NCBI GenBank assembly: GCA_963796055.1
Contig: CAWCKH010000006.1
Span: forward strand, 32,001 to 96,000
Length of the DNA: 64,000 nt
Source of the DNA: an uncultured delta proteobacterium
GTDB lineage: Bacteria; Myxococcota; Myxococcia; Myxococcales; Myxococcaceae
Reading direction: 5' to 3'
Position numbers and translations under genes: made by a program. The notes under the pieces were generated by a model. The model was not told the DNA's origin. It made no database searches and saw only the letters and a list, made by a program, of their open reading frames with translations. This document shows positions 1 to 10,894 of this stretch, piece after piece. How positions within the stretch are numbered: the stretch's first letter is position 1; each line of letters begins with the position of its first letter.

Positions 1-317
1 GCGCCCCGGCCTGCGGAGACGTGATGCGGCTGCAGCTGCGAGTCTCCGACGAGGGCATCATCCAGGACGCCAAGTTCAAGACCTTCGGCTGCGGCTCGGC
101 CATTGCCAGCAGCTCGCTGGTCACCGAGTGGGTGAAGGGCAAGACGGTGGACGAGGCGACGGAGATCACCAACAAGGAGATCGCCAAGGAGCTGTCGCTC
201 CCGCCGGTGAAGATCCACTGCTCGGTGCTGGCCGAGGACGCGATCAAGGCCGCCATCGCGGACTTCAAGAAGAAGCGGGCCGAGCGTCAGGCCGCGGCGA
301 AGGCCACTGCGAGTTGA
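1..317 (+). CDS. iscU: Fe-S cluster scaffold IscU (5' truncated by window edge)
   Basis: APACGDVMRLQ, KFKTFGCGSAIASS and LPPVKIHCS motifs; first gene of an ISC gene order. Confidence 0.97.
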   Translation, partial: APACGDVMRLQLRVSDEGIIQDAKFKTFGCGSAIASSSLVTEWVKGKTVDEATEITNKEIAKELSLPPVKIHCSVLAEDAIKAAIADFKKKRAERQAAAKATAS

Positions 318-697
318 TGGACGCTTCCCCCCAGAACGCCGCTCCGGCCGCCGCCCCCCGCCCTGGACTGAAGACCTTCAGCGTCTCCGACGGCGCGGCA
401 GCCCGCATCAAGGTCCTGCTCGCCCAGCGGAACACGCCGGAGGCAGGGCTGCGGGTGGCGGTGCGCGGTGGAGGCTGCTCGGGCCTGTCCTACGTCATCG
501 AGTGGGCCGAGGCTCCCCGGGAGCGGGACAAGATCTTCGAGAAGAACGGGATCCGCGTCTTCGTGGACCCCAAGAGCTACCTCTACCTGATGGGCTCCGA
601 GCTCCGGTACGAGGAGACGCTGATGGCCTCCGGCTTCAAGCTGGAGAACCCCAACGTGAAGACCGCCTGCGGGTGCGGCGAGAGCTTCTCGGTCTAG
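317..697 (+). CDS. iscA: A-type Fe-S carrier IscA/HesB
   Basis: GGGCSG and CGCGESF motifs; ATG overlaps iscU stop (TGATG). Confidence 0.95.
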   Translation: MDASPQNAAPAAAPRPGLKTFSVSDGAAARIKVLLAQRNTPEAGLRVAVRGGGCSGLSYVIEWAEAPRERDKIFEKNGIRVFVDPKSYLYLMGSELRYEETLMASGFKLENPNVKTACGCGESFSV

Positions 698-708
698 GAG
701 CGCCGGCC

Positions 709-1329
709 GTGCGCTGCTGGAACTGCCAGTCCGAGGTGTCCGGCGCCGACGTCTGCCCCGGCTGCGAGAAGGTCCAGCCGGTCGCTCCCGGGACGACGCT
801 CTTCGACGTGCTCGGGCTCCCGCGCGGCGTCGACGTGGACCGCGCGGAGCTGGAGCGCGCCTACCGCGAGCGGTCCCTGCGCCTCCACCCGGACCGTGCG
901 GGGAAAGACGACCCGCGCGAGCGGCGGCTCTCGCTCGAGCGCACCGCGCTCCTGAACGAGGCTTACAAGACGCTGCGCGCCGCCGAGCCGCGGGCCTTCT
1001 ACCTCCTCAAGCTCCACGGGCTCGACCTCCAGAAGGACGAGGCGCGGGCAATCACCGTCCCCCCGAAGGTCCTGGAAGAGGTGCTCGAGATGCGCGAGCA
1101 GCTCGACTCGGCCCGGGCGGCCGGAGACGACGAACAGGTTTCCGCGCTCTCCGACCGGGTGCGGGTCCAGTCGGCGACGACGCTCTCCGCAGCGCAATCC
1201 GCACTCCGCCGGCTGGAGGGCACTCCGGGCGACGCCGGGGCTCGCGACGAGGCGGCGCAAGCGCTCGCCCGGCTCCGGTACCACCACCGGTTCCTCGAGG
1301 CGGCCGAGAACTCCGACGAGGAGGGCTGA
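709..1329 (+). CDS. hscB: Fe-S co-chaperone HscB (J-domain) with N-terminal CxxC..CxxC
   Basis: HPD motif, LNEAYKTL; GTG start at 709 after GGAG; lies between iscA and hscA. Confidence 0.93.
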   Translation: MRCWNCQSEVSGADVCPGCEKVQPVAPGTTLFDVLGLPRGVDVDRAELERAYRERSLRLHPDRAGKDDPRERRLSLERTALLNEAYKTLRAAEPRAFYLLKLHGLDLQKDEARAITVPPKVLEEVLEMREQLDSARAAGDDEQVSALSDRVRVQSATTLSAAQSALRRLEGTPGDAGARDEAAQALARLRYHHRFLEAAENSDEEG

Positions 1330-1332
1330 GCC

Positions 1333-3177
<1,845 letters not shown>

Positions 3178-3178
3178 G

Positions 3179-3556
3179 ATGCCTCGCGTCCGGTTCCGGA
3201 GCCCCTTCGACGACGTGACGGTCGAGGTCCCGGAGGGGACCAGCATCCTGGACGCGGCCGAGAAGTGCGGGGCCACGGTGGGGCATGCTTGCGGCGGGGT
3301 CTGCGCCTGCTCGACCTGTCACGTCTGGGTGCGTCGAGGGCTGGAGTCGCTCTCGGAGCAGGAGGACGCGGAGGCGGACCGGCTGGACCAGGCGTTCGAC
3401 GTGCGCTCCTACTCCCGGCTCTCCTGCCAGTCCCTGGTGGGCAGCGAGGACGTTGACGTGGACATCACCCAGGAGTCGCTCCAGGCCTTCCTCGACGAGA
3501 ATCCGGAGCTGCGGCACCGGCTGGAGTCCGAGGGGAAGTGGCCCTTGAAACGGTGA
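3179..3556 (+). CDS. fdx: ISC-type [2Fe-2S] ferredoxin
   Basis: HACGGVCACSTCH...SRLSCQ adrenodoxin-type motif. Confidence 0.95.
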   Translation: MPRVRFRSPFDDVTVEVPEGTSILDAAEKCGATVGHACGGVCACSTCHVWVRRGLESLSEQEDAEADRLDQAFDVRSYSRLSCQSLVGSEDVDVDITQESLQAFLDENPELRHRLESEGKWPLKR

Positions 3557-3573
3557 GGCACTGCTCCTATAAG
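3545..3573 (+). promoter_or_regulatory. Putative sigma70 promoter for tRNA-Leu
   Basis: TTGAAA (3545-3550), 17 bp spacer, TATAAG (3568-3573), then GC-rich discriminator GCCCGCC; 15 bp upstream of the tRNA. Confidence 0.65.
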
Positions 3574-3588
3574 GCCCGCCTCCGCACC

Positions 3589-3670
3589 GCCCAGGTGGTG
3601 GAATTGGTAGACACACTAGATTCAGGGTCTAGCGCCGCGAGGCATGGAGGTTCGAGTCCTCTCCTGGGCA
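3589..3670 (+). tRNA. tRNA-Leu(CAG), CCA not encoded
   Basis: Acceptor GCCCAGG/CCTGGGC plus A discriminator; D-loop GGAATTGGTAGAC; anticodon arm CTAGA-TTCAGGG-TCTAG; long variable arm; T-loop GGTTCGAGTCC. Confidence 0.97.
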
Positions 3671-3744
3671 CTCAGTCGATGGACACCGCTGGCGTTCCGA
3701 GCCCGCCTCCGCCTCTCCGCCCATGGGGTCTTCGCTGGTAGCAT

Positions 3745-4500
3745 GTGAGGGTGCCGAGCGTCTCTCGTCGGCGGTCACTCGAGGACGGAGTCGTGGACGT
3801 GTGGTTCCTCGATCGTCCGGCGGCCTCGGCCCTCCCCGAGTCTTGGGTTCAGGCCCTCGACCCGGAGGAGCGTGCTCGGGCGAACGCGTTCCGGACTCCG
3901 GAACTCCGCGCCCGGTTCGTGGCCGCGCACGCGCTCGTGCGGACCGCCCTCGCAAGCTACGCGCCGCTCGGGCCCGAGGAGTGGCGCTTCGCCCACGGGC
4001 CGACGGGACGGCCGTCTCTTGTGGATCCACCGATCGATCTGCGGTTCAGCCTGAGCCACGCCGGAGCGCATGCCGCCGTCGCGGTCGCGGTCGGACGGAG
4101 GATCGGGCTGGACCTCGAGGAGATCGACGCAGCCGGGGACGCGCTCGGCATCGCCAGCCGCTTCTTCACCCCGTCCGAGCTGGCGATGCTCCGGGCTTGC
4201 GACGACCCGGAACGCGCGCAGCGCTTCACCACGCTCTGGACGGTCAAGGAGGCGGTGCTGAAGGCGCGAGGAGCGGGTCTGGCCTCGGGGTTGACGACGG
4301 TCGAGGTGCAGCTGGATTCCTCCGGAAACCTTCTCCCGGTGTCCGCTCCCGGCGGGCCGTGGAGCGTCGCTGCCTGGTCTCCCGCGACCCGACTCCGGGC
4401 GGCGCTCGCCGTTCAGGCCGGCACGCTGCTCACGCTGAGGGTCCTCGTGGCCATTCCGCTCGGAGCCGTGCGAGAAGCGCCCGAGCTCGGCCTCGGCTGA
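3745..4500 (+). CDS. Sfp-type 4'-phosphopantetheinyl transferase (start uncertain)
   Basis: GRP, FSLSH, IGLDLE and WTVKEAVLKA motifs. Confidence 0.92.
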   Translation: MRVPSVSRRRSLEDGVVDVWFLDRPAASALPESWVQALDPEERARANAFRTPELRARFVAAHALVRTALASYAPLGPEEWRFAHGPTGRPSLVDPPIDLRFSLSHAGAHAAVAVAVGRRIGLDLEEIDAAGDALGIASRFFTPSELAMLRACDDPERAQRFTTLWTVKEAVLKARGAGLASGLTTVEVQLDSSGNLLPVSAPGGPWSVAAWSPATRLRAALAVQAGTLLTLRVLVAIPLGAVREAPELGLG

Positions 4501-4525
4501 GCCGGCCATGCACCGGCAAGGACCA

Positions 4526-4688
4526 AGCCCTGACTGCGGCCGCCTGGCTCGCCCGGCGGCGGACCCGTGCATCCTCTCTGTCGCTCCGCCCGCGGACGCC
4601 CGACCCAGCCGTAACTGCGGCCGCCTGGCGGGCCCGGCGGCGGACCCGCGCATCCTTTCTGTTGCTCTGCCCGCGGACGCCCTGACCT
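4526..4688. repeat. Imperfect tandem repeat, 2 x ~81 bp, between convergent genes
   Basis: ACTGCGGCCGCCTGGC at 4533 and 4614; both units continue GCCCGGCGGCGGACCCG.GCATCCT.TCTGT.GCTC.GCCCGCGGACGCCC. Confidence 0.85.
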
Positions 4689-6486
4689 AGCGAGCGGCAC
4701 TCCGGCGCATCCCGAGCCCGAGCCGCCGCGACAGCCGCTCGACCACGCGCTCGGTGAGGAGTTCCTGCGCCCACAACTGCTCGAAGGTGTGGGAAGGCCC
4801 CTCTACGACGTCGACCTCGAAGGACGGGGCGCGCGAGAGCTGCCTCAGGACGGGCCCGGCCTCGCGCGCGAGGGCATCCACTCCTTCGTCGTCCGCTCCG
4901 AAGAGGAAATACACGTCGGTTCCACGTTGAACAAGGTCGCGCAGGTGACGGCCGACCTCGGGCTCCTCGCGGCGGAGCCCACCGGCCGCGCGCTCCCGGA
5001 GCCGCCGCCAGCCGCGGGCCACCAGCACCTGGCTCAGGTGGCGCAGCTGGAGCTCGCCCCTGATCGCCCTTCGCCATGTCTCGAGCCGGAGCAGCGCCCT
5101 CCGGTAGTAGCGCATCGACCCCAGCGTCTCCCGCTGACGGACGTCGAGCGAGTCCCCCTCCTTCCAGGTGAAGGTCTGGGGATTCACCGCCACCACGCCC
5201 GTGACGCGGAGGTCCACCACCGCCCCGTGGTATGCGAGGTACGCGCCGGAGCACAGCCCCACCAGGACGAAGCGCCGCGCGCCGGTGCTTTGCTCCAGGG
5301 CGTCCATCACCTCGCGCACCTCGGGAACCGACTCGGTGCCGTAAGCGTGGGTGGGGCTCTCGCCCGGGAGGAGCAAGCTGTCCCCCACGCCGGTCAGGTC
5401 GAAGCGGAGCGTCCGCAGCCCGAGGCCGGAGAGCGCCCGGGCGAGCCGTACCCAGAGGCGGTTCGGCCCGATGTGCTGGTGCGAGGCGGTGGTGAGGAAG
5501 AGCACCGTCGGGAGCACCTCGCTGCGCTCACGTACCGGAGCGCTGAGGACGCCCGCCATCATCCCCTCCTCACCGAGGCAGACCGCCTCCTCGACCACGT
5601 CCCGGGCGGCGACCCAGCGGCGCTCCTCGAGCTCGGCCCCCGAAGGGCGGCGAGGCGCGGAGATCGCCTTGCCCGCGACCTCGGCGAGGAACGCGGCGGT
5701 CCGGCCGAGCACGCCCTCGGGAACGACCGACTTCCGCGGCTGCTGCATCATCTCTTGCCAGCCCCTACCGGCCTCCAGCGTCAGCCGGGCACCGCGCTGC
5801 CTCCAGGCGCCGGCGAGTGCCTCGTCGGGCTCGCCCTCGCGCGAGAGGAGGAGCACCCGCGGCGCGGGCGGCCGGGAGAGCGCACGGAGATCGAGAGCCT
5901 CCAGCTCGCCTACCGTCGACCGGGTGAGGCGGTATCCGGCCGCCTCCTCGTCGGCCGCGGTCGGCGTGCCCCGCGGATCGGCGGACACCGCGTTGAGGAG
6001 CCGGTAGGCCCGAAGCTGCCGGACGTAGGCCCGGCCGGTGACGAGGGGCCCCCAGGCCACCAGCGCCTCCACGTCGGTGCGCTCGGCCGCGGCGTGGGCG
6101 GCGAGCGTCGCGCCCATCTGCAGCCCGGCGAGCGCCACGCGGGGAGCGCCCGACGTCCGCCGGGCCGCCTCCACCGCAGCGTGGACCGAGGCGATCCACG
6201 CCGCAACCCGGGCGGGGTCCTCGTCCGAACCTGGCGCGTCACCGGTGCCGGAGTAGTCGAAGCGGAGCACCGGGAAGCCGGCCGCGGCGAGGAGCTCGGC
6301 CCAGCGCACGAGGGTGAGGTACGTCGCCTCCGCCTCCCAGCCGATCGCCGGGCACAGCACCACCGGCAGCGAGCGAGCGTGGCCGCCCACGGGCGGATGC
6401 CACCAGCCGGGAAGGTGCCCCGCACCACACCCGAAGGCGAGCGGCCAGGGCCCGTCCGGGCGTATCACGTGCAGCCCGGGGGTCAA
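4687..6486 (-). CDS. Fused double alpha/beta-hydrolase-fold protein
   Basis: Two hydrolase folds: LRFDYSGTGD...GLQMG and LRFDLTGVGDS...GLCSG...GPSHTF; probable TTG start overlapping GH2 stop (ORF extends to 6531). Confidence 0.85.
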   Translation of the reverse strand: MTPGLHVIRPDGPWPLAFGCGAGHLPGWWHPPVGGHARSLPVVLCPAIGWEAEATYLTLVRWAELLAAAGFPVLRFDYSGTGDAPGSDEDPARVAAWIASVHAAVEAARRTSGAPRVALAGLQMGATLAAHAAAERTDVEALVAWGPLVTGRAYVRQLRAYRLLNAVSADPRGTPTAADEEAAGYRLTRSTVGELEALDLRALSRPPAPRVLLLSREGEPDEALAGAWRQRGARLTLEAGRGWQEMMQQPRKSVVPEGVLGRTAAFLAEVAGKAISAPRRPSGAELEERRWVAARDVVEEAVCLGEEGMMAGVLSAPVRERSEVLPTVLFLTTASHQHIGPNRLWVRLARALSGLGLRTLRFDLTGVGDSLLLPGESPTHAYGTESVPEVREVMDALEQSTGARRFVLVGLCSGAYLAYHGAVVDLRVTGVVAVNPQTFTWKEGDSLDVRQRETLGSMRYYRRALLRLETWRRAIRGELQLRHLSQVLVARGWRRLRERAAGGLRREEPEVGRHLRDLVQRGTDVYFLFGADDEGVDALAREAGPVLRQLSRAPSFEVDVVEGPSHTFEQLWAQELLTERVVERLSRRLGLGMRRSAAR

Positions 6487-8990
6487 GCCTGGCCTCCGAA
6501 GGGCGTGGGACCCGGGGCGTTGAGCGGCCACGCCGTTCCGCGCGGCGTCCCGCGGCGCGACCCCGCCACGAGCTCGACCCGGTGCGGAACCCCGGGCGCG
6601 AGATGGAAGAAGTCGTCCCGCGCCTCGACTCCCTCAATCTCGAGGGACACCGCCTGCGCGAAGCGATTCGCGGTGAGCTGCAGCGCCGATTGACCGCCGA
6701 GGTCCACGGTCTCCACCCGGAGCCGCAGCTCGGGATCGATGGAGGAGTGACGGCCGAGCGGAAAGTGGAAGGCCGCGGCGGAGAGCGGGCGGTCTCCCTC
6801 GCCGAGCCAATGCGCCACGACCAGGTCGTGGCTGGGAGGACCGAACCGGAAGGCGTACCCCACGTCGACGAACGTTCCGAGGACCTCCTCCGCCCAGACG
6901 CGCAACGACCCGCGCGCCTCGACGCGTACCGCCCGCTCGACGCACTGCAGCAGGAGGTGGCCCTCGCGGAAGAGGGTGATCCGCAGCCGCCCGCCGACCA
7001 GCTCCGGCCCGTCGTTGACGAGGTGGACGGCGATGCCGTTCGTTCCCTCGTCGGTCAGGAAGAGCGCTCGCGGGGCGAAGGCTCGCCGCAGCGCCCAGTA
7101 CGCGGACTTCGGGCGGCCGTGGGCGTCGACCACGCCCCACCCTGCCCCGGCCCAGAGGTCACGGAGGAACCAGACCAGGGCGCCGTTACACGTTGCGCCG
7201 TGGCGCCGCCACTCGCCGATCGTGGCGGTCATCACCTCGACGCTCACCGCCCGGCCGAGCGCGAGGTAGCGCTCGGGGTCCGAGGAGCGGACCTGGCCCG
7301 GCTCCACGCCGAAGAGCTGCTGGAGGTAGGCGTCGCGCACGTCCTCGAAGTCCCACTCCGCACCATTGTCTCGCGGCACGCGCGCCTGCCACAGCGGGTC
7401 CGCCGGGAGGCTCCGGACGTCCCCGAGCAGCTCCCGGACGGTCCGGCGGTCCGGCACGTTGGCAAAGGCGAGGCACTCGCTCGCGAACTTCACCTCCGCG
7501 CGGCGCGCATCCTCGAGCGGACGCCGGTAGGCCCCGACGCCGTAGTAGTGGGCCACGCCCTCGCCCGGCTGGAACGGAAGCGCACCTCCGCTCGGGCTGC
7601 TCGGGACGTAGGGCACGTCGGAGCCGGCCCGGACGCGCCCGGGGAGCACCTCGGCGAAGAGCGGGCCGCGCCAGAGATCCCGCTCGAGCCCGAGCATCGC
7701 GGCCTGCTGCTCGACCTCGCTGTTTCCGCAAAAGACCGCGGTGCTCGGCCGCCACCCGATGCGCGCCACCACCTCGTCGGCCTCGGCAGTCACCGCGCCG
7801 AGGAAGGCCGGATCGTCCCCCGGGTAGTCCAGGTTGGCGAACATGAAGTCCTGCCACACCAGGATGCCGAGGGCGTCGCAGGCGTCGTGGAACGCATCGT
7901 CCTCGTAGGCGAACGGCCCGGCGATGCGGAGCATGTTCATCCCGGCGTCGCGGGCCTGCTCGAGCGCCACCCCGAGCGCACCGGGAGCCGAACAGAGCGA
8001 GAGGACGTCGAGCGGTGTCCACGAGGCGCCGCGGCAGAAGATCCGCGTCCCGTTCACCCGCAGGCCGAAGCCGCCCCCCGCGGTGTCCGCCTCGAGAGAG
8101 CGGAACCCCACCGGCGCGAGCTCCACCTGGCCCACCCCCGGCAGGTGAATCTCGGGGCGGAACAGCACCGGCCGCCCGTGGGTGTGCGGCCACCAGCGCT
8201 CGATGTCGGGGAGCTCGATGCGCCCGGCGAGCTCCACGACGCCGGGCGCGAGCGAGCGGCCGGCGAGGGCGGTCTCCCGGCCGGCGATTCGGAGCTCGGC
8301 GGAGGACACGCGGTGGGCCGGGGCGCGGACGCGGAGCGACACCTCCAGCGTGCCGGTCGTTCCCGAGACCGTGGTCCGCAGCGTGGCTCCGAGCACCTCG
8401 GGCCCACGGCCGTGCTCGAGGAGCACCGGCCGGAAGGGGCCCACCGGCGGCGCGGGCGGCGTCCAGCCCGGGATGCGCCCGAGGAAGGTCGTCCGCCACC
8501 ACCGCAGCTGCTGCTGGGTGACGAGCCGCGTCTTCCAGCGCGGGCGTGGCCGCCTGGCGGCGAGGAGCGGACCGAGCGCGAGGAAGCGCAGGTGCAGCAC
8601 GTTCTCCGCGCGGATCAGCGGCCCCACATCGAGCCGGTGCCGCTGCCACATCGACTCGGAACGGAGGAGCCGCGTCCCGTTGAGCCACACCTCGGCCACC
8701 GTCGCCAGCCCGTCGAGACGGAGGGCGACATTCTCCGCGCCGGCCGGCCCCCGGAAGCGGAGCCGGTACCAGACGTCGGAATCGTCGAGGTCCCCCGCAC
8801 CGGTCGGGTCAACGCCGCGGGCGCGGAGCGCGCTGGCCAGCGTTCCCGGCACCTCGGCCGGCATCCACGGCTCGCCGAGTGCCTCCACCGCCGAGGGCGA
8901 GTCCGCCGCGTCCGGGGCGGTCCGGAGAAGCTCCCAGCCCTCCGCCAGAGCCCAGCGCTCCTGCCATTCGGTTCGCCGGATGCAGGCCAT
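6483..8990 (-). CDS. Glycoside hydrolase family 2 (beta-mannosidase-like)
   Basis: DGLATVAEVWLNG, AGMNMLRI, GILVWQDFMFAN, CGNSE and FASEC motifs. Confidence 0.9.
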   Translation of the reverse strand: MACIRRTEWQERWALAEGWELLRTAPDAADSPSAVEALGEPWMPAEVPGTLASALRARGVDPTGAGDLDDSDVWYRLRFRGPAGAENVALRLDGLATVAEVWLNGTRLLRSESMWQRHRLDVGPLIRAENVLHLRFLALGPLLAARRPRPRWKTRLVTQQQLRWWRTTFLGRIPGWTPPAPPVGPFRPVLLEHGRGPEVLGATLRTTVSGTTGTLEVSLRVRAPAHRVSSAELRIAGRETALAGRSLAPGVVELAGRIELPDIERWWPHTHGRPVLFRPEIHLPGVGQVELAPVGFRSLEADTAGGGFGLRVNGTRIFCRGASWTPLDVLSLCSAPGALGVALEQARDAGMNMLRIAGPFAYEDDAFHDACDALGILVWQDFMFANLDYPGDDPAFLGAVTAEADEVVARIGWRPSTAVFCGNSEVEQQAAMLGLERDLWRGPLFAEVLPGRVRAGSDVPYVPSSPSGGALPFQPGEGVAHYYGVGAYRRPLEDARRAEVKFASECLAFANVPDRRTVRELLGDVRSLPADPLWQARVPRDNGAEWDFEDVRDAYLQQLFGVEPGQVRSSDPERYLALGRAVSVEVMTATIGEWRRHGATCNGALVWFLRDLWAGAGWGVVDAHGRPKSAYWALRRAFAPRALFLTDEGTNGIAVHLVNDGPELVGGRLRITLFREGHLLLQCVERAVRVEARGSLRVWAEEVLGTFVDVGYAFRFGPPSHDLVVAHWLGEGDRPLSAAAFHFPLGRHSSIDPELRLRVETVDLGGQSALQLTANRFAQAVSLEIEGVEARDDFFHLAPGVPHRVELVAGSRRGTPRGTAWPLNAPGPTPFGGQA

Positions 8991-9002
8991 CGACCGCGCG
9001 CC

Positions 9003-9986
9003 TCAGAGCCCCAGCGCGGCGGCAGCGGCGGCGAGCGCCGTGCCCCATCCGCTGGACATCGTGGACAGGAGCGGGCCGAAGTCGGCGCGCTTGCCCGTGG
9101 AGACCGCCCGCGCACCCTTGAGGATGAGCGACTTGGCGGAGAGCGACACCAGGTCCAGCGCCGCAGCGGCTGTTTCGAGCGGGCGCTCGACGGCGGGCTG
9201 GAGCCAGCGGAGGTGGTGCGCCGCGAGATCCGCCGCCGACCCGAGCTGGCGCACGGTGGCGAAGGCGTAGAGGTGGTAGGTGGCCAGCGACTCCGGCCCC
9301 AGGCGGGCGACGGCGTCCGGGAAGCTCACCGCGAAGCGGGCGACCGGGTTCTCGCGGGGACGGCGGCGGAGGTGCGCGCGCGTGCACTCCAGCGCGAGGG
9401 CCATCAGCGCCTCGCGCGGCCGGAGGTGGAGGCTCTCCATGCGGACGAACTCGACGTACAGGGGAAGACGCCCGGGGTCTTCCGGCCCGTCGAGGTGGAA
9501 CAGCCCGCGGAAGTCCGCGCCCTCCAGCTCGAAGTACCCCGCATTGTGGAAGTACCCCAGCCGCTCCCTGCGGAGCTCGATGGCCTGAATTCCGATGGTG
9601 GTCTTGGTGTGCTGGGTCCGGTAGTCGGTTCCAGACGTGTCCGGCAGCCAGTGCGCGTCGACCTCGGCGAGCACCAGTCGTCCGCGGCGGACGAACTCCT
9701 CGATGTGCAGGTGGAGGGGCCGCCAGACGTTGAGCTCCTGAACGTCCACTCCGTGCAGCGCGGCGAGGTCGCCGTAGGTCTGCCTGAAGAAGGTGAACTG
9801 GTCCTCCTCGAAATCGAGGTCCAGGGTGCAGCCCAGTGCCGCCAGCGGGTCGTGGCCGCAGGAGTGAAGCACCTCGATCCACAGGTCCGCGAAGCAGTTC
9901 GTCTCCGGCCAGGGGCGATCACCCTGGTGCAGCGCGTGACGCACGTACGCGCTGGCGGACAGCGGCTGGAGCGCGGTGGCGATCAT
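9003..9986 (-). CDS. DUF1839-family protein (BtrH/papain-like putative acyltransferase)
   Basis: WPETNCFADLWIE, DFEEDQFTFF, EVDAHWLPDTSGTDYRTQHTKTTI, GYFHNAGYF; ATGA overlap with ligase stop. Confidence 0.8.
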   Translation of the reverse strand: MIATALQPLSASAYVRHALHQGDRPWPETNCFADLWIEVLHSCGHDPLAALGCTLDLDFEEDQFTFFRQTYGDLAALHGVDVQELNVWRPLHLHIEEFVRRGRLVLAEVDAHWLPDTSGTDYRTQHTKTTIGIQAIELRRERLGYFHNAGYFELEGADFRGLFHLDGPEDPGRLPLYVEFVRMESLHLRPREALMALALECTRAHLRRRPRENPVARFAVSFPDAVARLGPESLATYHLYAFATVRQLGSAADLAAHHLRWLQPAVERPLETAAAALDLVSLSAKSLILKGARAVSTGKRADFGPLLSTMSSGWGTALAAAAAALGL

Positions 9987-10891
9987 CGGTCCAGCACGGC
10001 CCGGACCGTCACCGGCCACTCCCGCAGATCGAGCCCGTGCCGACGGAACAGAGCCAGCGTCACCCGCTCGAGCCCGAACCCGAGGCAGGCGGTGTGCGCC
10101 GGGCTTCCCTCGGGCAGCGAGATCTCGAACAGCTTTCCGAAGTGTTCCTGGTGGTAGTTGAAGGAGCAGATCGCCGTCGGCTCCTCCGACGCGATCGGCA
10201 CCACGATCTCGAACTTGAAGCCCTGCTCCCGCTGGCTGGCGGCGAGCATCTTCCCCGCCCGGCCGAAGAACGGGTCCGAGGCGTGAACCGCCCGGGCATC
10301 GAGCCCGAGTGAGCCGAGCAGTGCGAGCGAGCGCTCCAGCCACGCCGCGCGCCACTCGAGCACCGCCTCGGGGCGCCCCACCCGGATGACCTCGTGCATC
10401 CGGAACAGCTGCAGGCGCGCCGGATCACCGGACGGCTCGTGGCGGAAGCAGTGGTTCTGCACCTCGAGCGTGCGCCCCCCCTCAGGCAGGACGCCGCGGA
10501 GCGTCGGGTACACCGGGTAGCAGGCGGCCGGAGTGAGCGCGACGTCGGTCGGGGTCTGCAGCTCGGCCCACGGCTCGCCGGCAGTCGCGCGCCGGCTCAG
10601 CTCCCGCGCCTGCGCCTCGGTGCCGGTGAAGGAGAAGACCGTGCCCGCGAGGTGGGGGAACGAGTCCAGGTAGCCGGTGCATTCCAGCAGCCGACGGGGG
10701 ATCACCGGCGGGAAGTGGAGACGCTCGGCGCCGTCCGCCGCGGCGAGCTCGGCCACCCGGGAATCGAACCGCCGGAGCACCGACTCGAACGTCTCGCTCC
10801 GCGCCCACACCCCCGGCACCCCCGAAGGGACGATGAGCCGGGCCCGGACCAGCTCCTCGTGGAACGCCAGCTGCCCGGGGGTGGTGGACAC
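9983..10891 (-). CDS. Amino acid--[acyl-carrier-protein] ligase (truncated atypical SerRS homologue)
   Basis: Class II aaRS motif 2 FRHE and motif 3 GFGLER; putative Zn triad TPAACY / RMHE / HTAC; 302 aa with no tRNA-binding domain; same operon as an ACP. Confidence 0.92.
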   Translation of the reverse strand: MSTTPGQLAFHEELVRARLIVPSGVPGVWARSETFESVLRRFDSRVAELAAADGAERLHFPPVIPRRLLECTGYLDSFPHLAGTVFSFTGTEAQARELSRRATAGEPWAELQTPTDVALTPAACYPVYPTLRGVLPEGGRTLEVQNHCFRHEPSGDPARLQLFRMHEVIRVGRPEAVLEWRAAWLERSLALLGSLGLDARAVHASDPFFGRAGKMLAASQREQGFKFEIVVPIASEEPTAICSFNYHQEHFGKLFEISLPEGSPAHTACLGFGLERVTLALFRRHGLDLREWPVTVRAVLDR

Positions 10892-10894
10892 GCG

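Noticed and set aside
3650..3745. Possible attL site of an integrative element at the tRNA-Leu 3' end
   Set aside because: No integrase in the window and no second copy of the tRNA 3' end found by eye.
4526..4688. Possible mini CRISPR array
   Set aside because: Whole units are duplicated with no unique spacers, and there are no cas genes.
10482..10894. ~140-aa C-terminal extension of the dehydrogenase overlapping the ligase (possible fusion or readthrough)
   Set aside because: Explained by one extra base just before an otherwise well-placed TAG; the extension is in a junk frame.
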